Positions 45,937 through 54,708 of a stretch of DNA of 64,000 nt are shown one piece after another (position 1 is the first letter of the stretch; each line of letters starts with the position of its first letter). The stretch is taken from positions 1-64,000 of IMG/VR virus record IMGVR_UViG_3300043427_002950; one strand, 5' to 3'. The notes below the pieces were generated by a model. It did no database searches, had not been told where the DNA came from, and saw only the letters and a list, made by a program, of their open reading frames with translations. Both the position numbers and the translations under genes were made by a program. Origin of the DNA: an uncultured virus (IMG/VR IMGVR_UViG_3300043427_002950) (Duplodnaviria; Heunggongvirae; Uroviricota; Caudoviricetes).

Positions 45937-46741
45937 AATCAAGTTCTTCCTGAGTAATTTGCCCATGTTCAAACCATCCCAATGGATTGTCCATTTGAGT
46001 CATAAATTGCATCTCTCTTAATTGGGTTGACCATTCGGTATCTTTATATCTCCATTCTATTTCGGGATCCATGCAAATATTATCCAAACCAATATATTTT
46101 TTGACATAATCCATTAGGGTCATTTCTCTTACCGAAATATCAGTCAACCCCTTTGAATGCATTTCTTGTAACTTTTCGTAAGTTGCAAGATATTTTTGCA
46201 TATATTTTGAATTTCCATATGCGAAATCTGGATATAATCCTTCATTTATTGTACATGGACCTGGATCTACGCATAAATCTGGTATTACTAAGTTTTCGTT
46301 TCTATACAATTTTATATTTCTAACATATACATCTGGCCTAGCTCTAATAATAATATCATAATCTTCCAAATTTATTAATTCAAGGGAGAGATATACTGTA
46401 TGCCAACTTAAAATATTTCTTTCTGCCCACTCTCTAGGAATTCTTTCAATGGAAATGGTGTTAAACTTAAAATCTAACTGATAATTATCATCTCTAAAAA
46501 TATATTTTTTTGGTTTATAATATTCCAAGATTTTTGCTATATTAAAATATTCCAAATCATCCTTTCGATCATCAATAATATGACCTTCTTCAGTGTCATA
46601 TTCTCTTATACTATCCAAATTATGATTAAATGATGAGATATATACATCGGGATTGTATCTATCAAGTATTTCCTGTTTAATAGTTGGGAAAAAATCTTCC
46701 CAGTCTCTCATATGTCCAGTAAGGATCAACGCAACTTTCAT
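45905..46741 (-). CDS. Hypothetical protein, possibly glycosyltransferase-like
   Basis: MKVALILTGHMR, YDIIIRARPD, DFAYG; start moved to ATG 46741. Confidence 0.6.
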   Translation of the reverse strand: MKVALILTGHMRDWEDFFPTIKQEILDRYNPDVYISSFNHNLDSIREYDTEEGHIIDDRKDDLEYFNIAKILEYYKPKKYIFRDDNYQLDFKFNTISIERIPREWAERNILSWHTVYLSLELINLEDYDIIIRARPDVYVRNIKLYRNENLVIPDLCVDPGPCTINEGLYPDFAYGNSKYMQKYLATYEKLQEMHSKGLTDISVREMTLMDYVKKYIGLDNICMDPEIEWRYKDTEWSTQLREMQFMTQMDNPLGWFEHGQITQEELDFIMKATETGE

Positions 46742-46746
46742 GGGGC

Positions 46747-46775
46747 TTGACGACGGGCAAGGGGTGTAGTACAAT
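46747..46775 (+). promoter_or_regulatory. Sigma70-type promoter
   Basis: TTGACG-17-TACAAT. Confidence 0.7.
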
Positions 46776-46806
46776 ATGTAGGTACTCAACTGACGGACCC
46801 CCCTCA

Positions 46807-46971
46807 ATGCAAGTGGATAGAGAAGTCAGCAATGATCTTGTCGCAATGCAAGAAGACGTAGCAGCACACTTCACACAGGAAAATTTCCCTCTAAGTGGTG
46901 AAGCATACTGGACTATGGTAGAATGCATTGCACATGCAAAGCTGAAACAAATTCAAGGTTTTATTGACTGA
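46807..46971 (+). CDS. Hypothetical protein
   Basis: MQVDREVSNDL..SGEAYWTMVEC..; start downstream of the promoter. Confidence 0.65.
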   Translation: MQVDREVSNDLVAMQEDVAAHFTQENFPLSGEAYWTMVECIAHAKLKQIQGFID

Positions 46972-47163
46972 ATGAATTACAAAGAACTTAAAGAAATCCC
47001 AACAAAGACAACTCCAGAAAATGTAAGAGAAGCAAACGAAGCATTATTCAATTGCAAAATGACTCTTCCTGCTGCAGCAAAACATTGCGGTATGACTCAA
47101 AAAGAAATGAAATTAACTTTCTTTGAATACTTGAAGTATAATCCTCCCACTTACTCAAGTTGA
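46972..47163 (+). CDS. Hypothetical protein, HTH-like
   Basis: MTLPAAAKHCGMTQKEMKLTF. Confidence 0.65.
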   Translation: MNYKELKEIPTKTTPENVREANEALFNCKMTLPAAAKHCGMTQKEMKLTFFEYLKYNPPTYSS

Positions 47164-47192
47164 ATTTAAATACTCGGTTTCCGAGTATTCTT

Positions 47193-47268
47193 GCTCCTTT
47201 AGCTATCTGGTGAAAGCACCCGACTCATAATCGGTATCAGGTGGGTTCGATCCCCTCAAGGAGCACCA
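47193..47268 (+). tRNA. tRNA with CAT anticodon (Met or Ile2), CCA encoded
   Basis: GCTCCTT/AAGGAGC acceptor stem, CT-CAT-AA loop, GTTCGAT T-loop. Confidence 0.88.
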
Positions 47269-47349
47269 GCCCCTGTGGTGAAACGGTAAACACAGTTGAC
47301 TCAAAATCAACCGCCTACGGGTTTGTCAGTTCAAATCTGACTAGGGGCA
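47269..47349 (+). tRNA. tRNA-Leu(CAA)
   Basis: GCCCCT/AGGGGC acceptor, GTTGA-CTCAAAA-TCAAC anticodon arm, long variable arm. Confidence 0.88.
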
Positions 47350-47350
47350 C

Positions 47351-47379
47351 TTGACAATCAAAGCAAGACCTGCTATGAT
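47351..47379 (+). promoter_or_regulatory. Sigma70-type promoter inside the tRNA cluster
   Basis: TTGACA-17-TATGAT. Confidence 0.75.
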
Positions 47380-47396
47380 TGTCATATACGAGAAAT

Positions 47397-47468
47397 GCTT
47401 CTGTCGCCTATAGGTTAAGGCCCTCTGCTTATAACGGAGTGAACGGGGTTCAAGTCCCTGCAGAAGCA
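47397..47468 (+). tRNA. tRNA-Ile(TAT)
   Basis: GCTTCTG/CAGAAGC acceptor, CTCTG-CTTATAA-CGGAG anticodon arm, GTTCAAG T-loop. Confidence 0.85.
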
Positions 47469-47472
47469 CCTC

Positions 47473-47555
47473 GGGACGGTGGTGGAATCGGTAGACACAC
47501 CAGACTTAAAATCTGTCGGGCATTGCCTGTGGGGGTTCAAGTCCCCCTCGTCCTA
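47473..47555 (+). tRNA. tRNA-Leu(TAA)
   Basis: GGGACGG/TCGTCCT acceptor, CAGA-CTTAAAA-TCTG, long variable arm. Confidence 0.88.
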
Positions 47556-47556
47556 C

Positions 47557-47564
47557 TATAAATA
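47557..47564 (+). promoter_or_regulatory. T4 late promoter
   Basis: TATAAATA upstream of the 47589 ORF. Confidence 0.6.
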
Positions 47565-47588
47565 CTTAAAATAAGATCCAAGAATCTT

Positions 47589-47873
47589 ATGATATACCGA
47601 GTAAGTACTTGTTTTTGCTGGTATGATCCACAAGAACCTGGATCAAAAAAATACGTTGTTAAAATGTATTTTATTGAAAACTATCCTTATACATTCGATG
47701 ATATTCCAGAAATCTCTCTTTGGGATCCAACTTTAGAGATGGAAGCTAATAAATATAAAGTATTCACACCACATGATCTTTATATGTCTTCTTCATATTT
47801 AATAGCAGAAGAAGCACACCCATGTTTATTTCCAATTGAAGTTGATTACCCAGACCTCGTTCCAAAAGATTGA
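47589..47873 (+). CDS. Hypothetical protein
   Basis: 94-aa ORF with VKMYFI..PYTFDD and SSYLIAEEAHP. Confidence 0.7.
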   Translation: MIYRVSTCFCWYDPQEPGSKKYVVKMYFIENYPYTFDDIPEISLWDPTLEMEANKYKVFTPHDLYMSSSYLIAEEAHPCLFPIEVDYPDLVPKD

Positions 47874-47877
47874 GGAC

Positions 47878-47906
47878 TTGACAAAAAACCACAAGTGTCT
47901 TATAGT
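47878..47906 (+). promoter_or_regulatory. Sigma70-type promoter
   Basis: TTGACA-17-TATAGT. Confidence 0.75.
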
Positions 47907-47990
47907 ATACAAGTAACTGAGAAATCGGTTGCAATCTCCTAAGACAAAGGGGGAGTACAAAAGGTCCAGTTTATACGGACGCCCCCAATT

Positions 47991-48065
47991 GCCTCTTTAG
48001 CTCAGTGGTAGAGCAACGGTTTTGTAAACCGTTGGTCATCGGTTCAAATCCGATAGGGGGCTCCA
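47991..48065 (+). tRNA. tRNA-Thr(TGT), CCA encoded
   Basis: Cloverleaf, ACGGT-TTTGTAA-ACCGT anticodon arm. Confidence 0.92.
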
Positions 48066-48142
<77 letters not shown>

Positions 48143-48159
48143 ATAAAATCTATCATCAA

Positions 48160-48318
48160 ATGAAAATTAATCTCTGGCACTGTAAAGATATGAACTTGTG
48201 GAGATGGTCTCTTGTTGATGATAGAAGACCAATCTGTAAACAAGAAACTGGGCAAAGAGAAGATCTTAGATTAGCAATGCAAGACATTGCTGACACCGTA
48301 GAGTATTTAATAAAATAA
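48160..48318 (+). CDS. Hypothetical protein
   Basis: MKINLWHCKDMNLWRWSL..; start placed after tRNA-Pro. Confidence 0.65.
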   Translation: MKINLWHCKDMNLWRWSLVDDRRPICKQETGQREDLRLAMQDIADTVEYLIK

Positions 48319-48381
48319 AAAATAAATTTCTATTTTGTTTTCGACTAAATAATCAGTAACGAAAACAAGTACGTTAATAAA

Positions 48382-51300
48382 ATGGGTCTCTCTAGATTAA
48401 GCAATTTTCTGAAGAATGTAAAGGGAAATATCATTTATGTAGATCCAAATAGTTTAGACTCTACAGATAGTGTAGAAAATCAGGGCAATTCTTTAACTAG
48501 ACCCTTTAAAACTATCCAAAGGGCACTTCTTGAGGCAGCTAGATTTTCTTATCAAAGAGGAAAGAAAAACGATAGATTTTTAAAAACTACAATCTTGTTA
48601 TATCCAGGAGATCATTATATTGATAACAGGCCAGGATATATACCAACTGGATCAAGTTTATTTTCTACCAGAAGTGGATTGGTAAATATCAATGCAAGTT
48701 TAGAGTTAGATTTTGAAAGTAATTTTGATATTTTAGATTCAGTAAATGATCTCTATAAATTTAACAGTGTTTATGGTGGAGTTATTGTACCAAGAGGTAC
48801 ATCTATTGTGGGATTAGATCTTAGAAAAACTAAAATTCGTCCCCTATATGTTCCAAATCCAGAAAATAATGAGATTGAAAGAACTGCTCTTTTCAGAGTA
48901 ACTGGTGGTTGTTATTTTTGGCAGTTTACTGTTTTAGATGGAGATCCTAATGGATTAATTTTTTCGGATTATACTGGAAATCAAACTGTACCAAACTTCT
49001 CTCACCACAAATTAACAGTATTTGAATATGCGGATGGAATAAATTCGGTTAAAATTGAAGATGACTTTTTAACATATTCTACAGATCGAACTGATCTACA
49101 AATGTATTATGAAAAAATTGGATTAGGATATGGCGCAGGTAGAACAATATCCCCAGACTATCCATCAGATGTTGATATTGAACCAGTTGTTGATGAATTC
49201 CGAGTGGTTGGTTCTAGAGGATCTGAAGTAGGAATAAGTCAAATAAGATCTGGAAATGGAATAGTAGGAACAACTGAAATTACTGTTACTTTAGATAGAG
49301 AAGTAAATGAATTAAGTGTAGATACTGCTATACAAATTAGTGGAGTTACTGAGCCTGGTTATAATGGACAATATGCTGTTTCTGAAGTTGTAGATAATCA
49401 AACATTTAAATATATTGTTGCAACAGTACCAGAGCAAATAAACCCCAATGCATCAAATGCAAGAGTAAGTATTACTGTAGATACTGTAAGTTCAGCATCT
49501 CCATATATTTTTAACTGTTCTCTTAGATCAGTATATGGAATGTGTGGATTACATGCCGATGGAAAAAATGCCACAGGATTCCAAAGCATGGTTGTTGCAC
49601 AGTTCACTGGAATTGGACTTCAAAAAGATGATAGAGCTTTCGTAAGATATGATAAAGCACAGGGAATTTATATTTCAAATGAACCAAATGGACATACAAA
49701 TTCCTTATCTAGATTTAAACCTTCATATGAAAACTATCACATTAAAGCATCTAATAATGCTTTCTTACAGTTAGTTTCTGTATTTGCTATTGGTTTTGCA
49801 AATCATTTCTTAGCAGAATCTGGTGGTGATCATTCAATTACAAACTCAAACTCCAACTTTGGAGCCAAATCTTTAGTCTCAAACGGATTTAGAGATTCAT
49901 CTTTCATAAGAGATGATTGCGGTTATATTACTCATATTGTAGCACCAAAAGAAATAGATTCTGAAGAGCAAACTCTTGAGTATGTTCCTATAGACGTTCA
50001 ATTAACTCGTACAATCAACAACGCATCTAGATTGTATATTTACAATGAGAATGATATCAATAGCCCACCAGATTATATTTTAAATGGATATAGATTTGGT
50101 GCTTCAAAAAATGAAAAATTATACCTTCAAATAAATGATCCTTCATCTGGTCTGGGTATTTTCACCGCAGACGTTGTTATGGGTGATACTCAAAGTACTA
50201 CTGCCAATCCAGATCTTTTCAATATTGTTGCAGAAAAAACATACAGAGTAGGACAAAGCAATGTTGGCATCAATTCTATCGTAAATAATACAATAGAATT
50301 TATTTCTGAACATTCATTTAGACCAGGAGAATCTGTTACATTAGTGCCAAAGAGTGGATCACTTCCAGATGGCATTTCCCCTGGAAAAACTTATTATGTA
50401 ATTAATGACTCATTAAGAACTATCAAATTATCATCAAATCAACAAGATGCTATTAATGGTGCTGAGCAAGTAGTCTTTAATAATAAAGGTGGAATAATAG
50501 ATGTTATTAGTAGAGTTACAGACAAAAAACCAAATGATCCTGGAAGTCCATTAAAATTTGACTCATCTGCTGTTGTATCTTTAGGAGGAAAAACAGCTGG
50601 GTGGTATATTTTATGTAATCCATTGACTAACACAGTCTTTACTAAATATCAGTCCTTATATCCATCTGGACCATTCCCAGAAGTAGTTTCTTCCAGAACT
50701 TTTATAAAAAGAACTCCAGATAAAAGGTCTAATGATGATAAAATTTATAAATTTAGATATGTTCTTCCAAAAGACAGTACATTTACTTCTAGACCTCCTT
50801 TGGATGGATATATTTTACAAGATTCATCATCAACAAATGCATCAGATGTTGTAGAATTATCAAAATATTTTCCACAAGCATCGGTAACTTTGACAAACCC
50901 CACTGAATTAAGAAATCTTAGATATATTTCAAATGCAGTTTGGGTATCTAACACTGTTACAGTCACGACCGAACTCCCCCACAACTTAAACGAAGGTTCT
51001 CAAGTTTCAATTTATAATATTATTACCGACAACAATCCTGAAGGAGAATTTAATAAAGGATATAATGGAACATTTGAAGTAATTGATGTAAGTAGTTCTA
51101 GAGAATTTTCTTATCTTTTGCCAGTTAATCCTGGGTTATTTGATAACAATATTAATACAAGAGATCCAGAATCTTTACCAAGATATGTAAATAGAAAATT
51201 AAAAAATACATATCAAATTTTTAGAAGTGAAGAAATACAACCTTATGAAAAAGACAGGCAAGATGGAATTTATCATATAACCTTAACAAATTCTTCCAAT

Positions 51301-54300
51301 TCACCTTCAGTATCTCCATTTACTGAGTTATCATTCTCTCAACCAATTCAAAATCTTTACCCACAATTAAATAGAGATAATCCAAATTCAGACCCAACTG
51401 AATCTTTCTGTTATGCATTGCCAGATCCTATCGGACAAGTTTCAATAAATGATCCCCAGAATAGCATAACAAAAGAAACACTTTATAAAAATCTACAAGA
51501 CCTTAAATTTGGGTTTGACATTTTCGATATCGGTTCTTCCTCTGGAACTTCACACACAATTTATACATCAAGAGAGCATAATTTAAATTCTATTCTAGAA
51601 GTATCAATTACCAATTCTGGACAAAATTATGTTCCTGGAACATATTATAATATTTCTTTAGTTGGATTCGCTGGTTCAACTACGGGAACAAAGGCAACAG
51701 CAATTGTTAATATTAATGCAAGTGGGGTTGTAAATTCTGTTACTATATTAGATGGCGGAAGTGCATACGGAATAGGAAACACATTATCTGCTGTAGGATT
51801 ATCTACAGGTGCATCATGGACAAATTCAAATTCAGCATTGTTTACGGTATCAAATATTAATAATTCGCAAGGAATTGTAATTAATGTTTCGTCAGTAAAA
51901 TCAGTATCAAAAACTTATGATCAATATAATGGTAATTATATTGTTACTTCTGTTAAAACTGGATTCCCCAAACAAATTGAAGTGGAATCCCAAAAAACTT
52001 TAACTCAAGTTTTACCTTCAATTGGAGATGCATCTGATAATGCCATTGGAAATATTTCTGGAACTGCGTTAAATGTAAATTCGATCTCTTATGATCGAAT
52101 TAGTGGTGTAGGAACTGTTGGTTTTACTACAACACATCCATTTAAATCTGGATCAACAATATCACTTTATGGAGCTACTAATAGTTTTTATAATGATAAA
52201 AACTTTGTTGTAACTAGAGTTAATAGTCAATTAAGTGTAAGAATTAATGTAGGAAAATCAAATTCTTCACAATCGACTAGTGGAACTATTAAAGCAATTC
52301 CAGTAAATTATGCTGCAAGTGGAGGGGATATTAATTTAAGAGATGAATACTCATCTGGAAGATTGAAGTATATTTATGATAAATTTACTGGATATGTAGG
52401 TACTCAACTTAATAACACTTCCAGTGACTCCACTCCTCTTGTTTTATATAACTCAACTTTAATTAGTGAATTAAAACTTGGCGATTATTTATTGGTTAAC
52501 AATGAGATAATGAGAATATCTCAAAGAGTTACAAGTAATAGTATTAGTGTTATTAGAGCTTTACTTGGAACTAAAAGAGAAACTCATCAAAGGAATTCTA
52601 CAGTTCAAAAAATTAAAGTATTCCCAATCGAGTTTAGAAGAAATTCAATTATTCGTGCATCTGGACATACTTTTGAATATCTTGGATTTGGTCCAGGTAA
52701 TTATTCAACTGCATTGCCCGAAAGACAAGATAGAGTATTAAGTCCTCAAGAAGTAATATTGTCCCAATCCACCAAAATTGATGGAGGAACTATCTTATAT
52801 TCAGCAATGAATAGTGATGGAGATTTTTATAATAATAACAGAAAATTAACAAGTACTGGAAAGGATCAGATTTTTGAGTCTCCTATCCCAACAGTAACTG
52901 GAGAAGAACCTCTAGAATTAACTTCTGAAGGTGGATATAATATAACTACACCAGAAGAAATTGTTGTAAACAGATCTATTAAAGTTAATGGAGGAAAAGA
53001 ATCAAATCTTATTTCCGAATTTAATGGTCCAACAATATTTAATGAGAAGATAACTTCCACTTCAGAGAATGGATTAGAATTGAGAAAACTGAATATTAGA
53101 GGTGATTTGGATATTTCCAGAGAAATTGGAATATCGACAACAAGACCAACAACTGCAGCAAACGTTGGAGATAGAGTTTTAAATGCACTTCCTCAGATTG
53201 GAGGTAATGTTGGGTGGGTATATGCCACAGATCCTACAGATAATCAAATAAAATGGCAAGAATATGGATGGATAAATGACAGTTTGTATGGCGTTGATGT
53301 AACATCCTCTGCATTAGTTGATGCTGAATTAACCAGAATTCTTAGATTTGAATCTGGCAATAATGTAAACATTACGCAGCAATATAATGAATCAACGGGA
53401 ATAACAACAGTTACATTTGCATTAACTCAAGGAGCTGCCAACAAAGTAGGTATTGTTACTGGAAACGATTTTGGTGAATATTTTCCAACTCTCACTCCAT
53501 CTGGCGCTCCAGCATTTGCAACTAAAGAGGTTATTAACTTTGTTGGTTCATCTTTAGGATTTGGTGTTAAAGTTATTTCGGAATATGGACAGGACCTAAA
53601 CTCTGTTGGTATTGCAACCATTAAATTCCAATCACCCGTTTTCCCAATTAATTTTGGTACTGGCACAGAACTTCCTGGAACAGCTCCAAATCAGGGACTT
53701 GGGGATCCAATTTTTGCAGTTAGAAGTAATGGAACAAGAATAATCTATGACCAAAAATTAACTTCAAGTGCTACAAACTATGCCGTAGGAAGAAATAATA
53801 ATGTTTTATGGTGGAGTGTTCCTCAAAATGTCAATAGTTTCGGATATATATGGTATGCAGGAATAAACAGAGTTGCAGATTTAATAGTAGGTTCTGCAAC
53901 TACAACATTTAATGTATACGGTGGAATTGTAGCAAGAGATGTTGTCGAATCTACAAGATTTAGATCTACTGTTAATGATGGATCAACACCACCCTTTACA
54001 GTTTCTAGTAGTGTTTTAGTTTCTAATTTAAATGCTTCAAGAGTTCAGGGAGAACAACCTGAAGATTTAAATACTAATGCGTCTATTCCATCCAGAATTA
54101 CAAATGCATCTAATCAGGTATATATTGCTGGAATTTCTACTGGATTACTAGATGGTCCTGGCGATGGAACTGGAACAGGAAGACCAGGATCTTTCTACAC
54201 AAATATACCCGCAAGATTGGGGTATAATCCTTTCAATAAGGCAGGAGATCAGGTAACTGGCATTTCCACATTCTTCCAAATCTCCGATGTTGTTAATACA

Positions 54301-54672
54301 ACATCCAGCACAGTTTCAAACGTAATATCAGTTTCATTTGCTAATGGACCAATATTCAGAGTGGATGGAACGATAGGTTCTGTTGATACCCTAAATATAA
54401 CATCAGTTCCAACTACTCCAAATAGAACATACAACTATACTGTCGTTCTTAATGTAAGTGGGACTAGCAATTTGATAACAAAACTTCAAATAAATTCGAC
54501 CATCATTCCAGCATCAAACTTGAGATGGCTGAACGGAAATATACCTCCTACTTCAGTAAGTGTTTCAGATTCTTATATTATAGGATTTACTTTCTTCTGT
54601 GATGCTTCTGGATCATTTACATCAAGTTCTTCTTATGTTTTGGGAGTATACGGTCAGTATTCTACATCATAA
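48382..54672 (+). CDS. Large virion structural / tail-fibre-like protein
   Basis: 2096 aa; MGLSRLSNFLKN, RPFKTIQRALLEAARFSY, PRGTSIVGLDLRKTKIRP beta-helix-like region; repeated beta modules. Confidence 0.75.
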   Translation: MGLSRLSNFLKNVKGNIIYVDPNSLDSTDSVENQGNSLTRPFKTIQRALLEAARFSYQRGKKNDRFLKTTILLYPGDHYIDNRPGYIPTGSSLFSTRSGLVNINASLELDFESNFDILDSVNDLYKFNSVYGGVIVPRGTSIVGLDLRKTKIRPLYVPNPENNEIERTALFRVTGGCYFWQFTVLDGDPNGLIFSDYTGNQTVPNFSHHKLTVFEYADGINSVKIEDDFLTYSTDRTDLQMYYEKIGLGYGAGRTISPDYPSDVDIEPVVDEFRVVGSRGSEVGISQIRSGNGIVGTTEITVTLDREVNELSVDTAIQISGVTEPGYNGQYAVSEVVDNQTFKYIVATVPEQINPNASNARVSITVDTVSSASPYIFNCSLRSVYGMCGLHADGKNATGFQSMVVAQFTGIGLQKDDRAFVRYDKAQGIYISNEPNGHTNSLSRFKPSYENYHIKASNNAFLQLVSVFAIGFANHFLAESGGDHSITNSNSNFGAKSLVSNGFRDSSFIRDDCGYITHIVAPKEIDSEEQTLEYVPIDVQLTRTINNASRLYIYNENDINSPPDYILNGYRFGASKNEKLYLQINDPSSGLGIFTADVVMGDTQSTTANPDLFNIVAEKTYRVGQSNVGINSIVNNTIEFISEHSFRPGESVTLVPKSGSLPDGISPGKTYYVINDSLRTIKLSSNQQDAINGAEQVVFNNKGGIIDVISRVTDKKPNDPGSPLKFDSSAVVSLGGKTAGWYILCNPLTNTVFTKYQSLYPSGPFPEVVSSRTFIKRTPDKRSNDDKIYKFRYVLPKDSTFTSRPPLDGYILQDSSSTNASDVVELSKYFPQASVTLTNPTELRNLRYISNAVWVSNTVTVTTELPHNLNEGSQVSIYNIITDNNPEGEFNKGYNGTFEVIDVSSSREFSYLLPVNPGLFDNNINTRDPESLPRYVNRKLKNTYQIFRSEEIQPYEKDRQDGIYHITLTNSSNSPSVSPFTELSFSQPIQNLYPQLNRDNPNSDPTESFCYALPDPIGQVSINDPQNSITKETLYKNLQDLKFGFDIFDIGSSSGTSHTIYTSREHNLNSILEVSITNSGQNYVPGTYYNISLVGFAGSTTGTKATAIVNINASGVVNSVTILDGGSAYGIGNTLSAVGLSTGASWTNSNSALFTVSNINNSQGIVINVSSVKSVSKTYDQYNGNYIVTSVKTGFPKQIEVESQKTLTQVLPSIGDASDNAIGNISGTALNVNSISYDRISGVGTVGFTTTHPFKSGSTISLYGATNSFYNDKNFVVTRVNSQLSVRINVGKSNSSQSTSGTIKAIPVNYAASGGDINLRDEYSSGRLKYIYDKFTGYVGTQLNNTSSDSTPLVLYNSTLISELKLGDYLLVNNEIMRISQRVTSNSISVIRALLGTKRETHQRNSTVQKIKVFPIEFRRNSIIRASGHTFEYLGFGPGNYSTALPERQDRVLSPQEVILSQSTKIDGGTILYSAMNSDGDFYNNNRKLTSTGKDQIFESPIPTVTGEEPLELTSEGGYNITTPEEIVVNRSIKVNGGKESNLISEFNGPTIFNEKITSTSENGLELRKLNIRGDLDISREIGISTTRPTTAANVGDRVLNALPQIGGNVGWVYATDPTDNQIKWQEYGWINDSLYGVDVTSSALVDAELTRILRFESGNNVNITQQYNESTGITTVTFALTQGAANKVGIVTGNDFGEYFPTLTPSGAPAFATKEVINFVGSSLGFGVKVISEYGQDLNSVGIATIKFQSPVFPINFGTGTELPGTAPNQGLGDPIFAVRSNGTRIIYDQKLTSSATNYAVGRNNNVLWWSVPQNVNSFGYIWYAGINRVADLIVGSATTTFNVYGGIVARDVVESTRFRSTVNDGSTPPFTVSSSVLVSNLNASRVQGEQPEDLNTNASIPSRITNASNQVYIAGISTGLLDGPGDGTGTGRPGSFYTNIPARLGYNPFNKAGDQVTGISTFFQISDVVNTTSSTVSNVISVSFANGPIFRVDGTIGSVDTLNITSVPTTPNRTYNYTVVLNVSGTSNLITKLQINSTIIPASNLRWLNGNIPPTSVSVSDSYIIGFTFFCDASGSFTSSSSYVLGVYGQYSTS

Positions 54673-54708
54673 TAAAAGTAAAATATATATTATAAAAGAA
54701 ATAATAAA

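Noticed and set aside
47379..47561. 60-aa ORF
   Set aside because: Overlaps tRNA-Ile and tRNA-Leu
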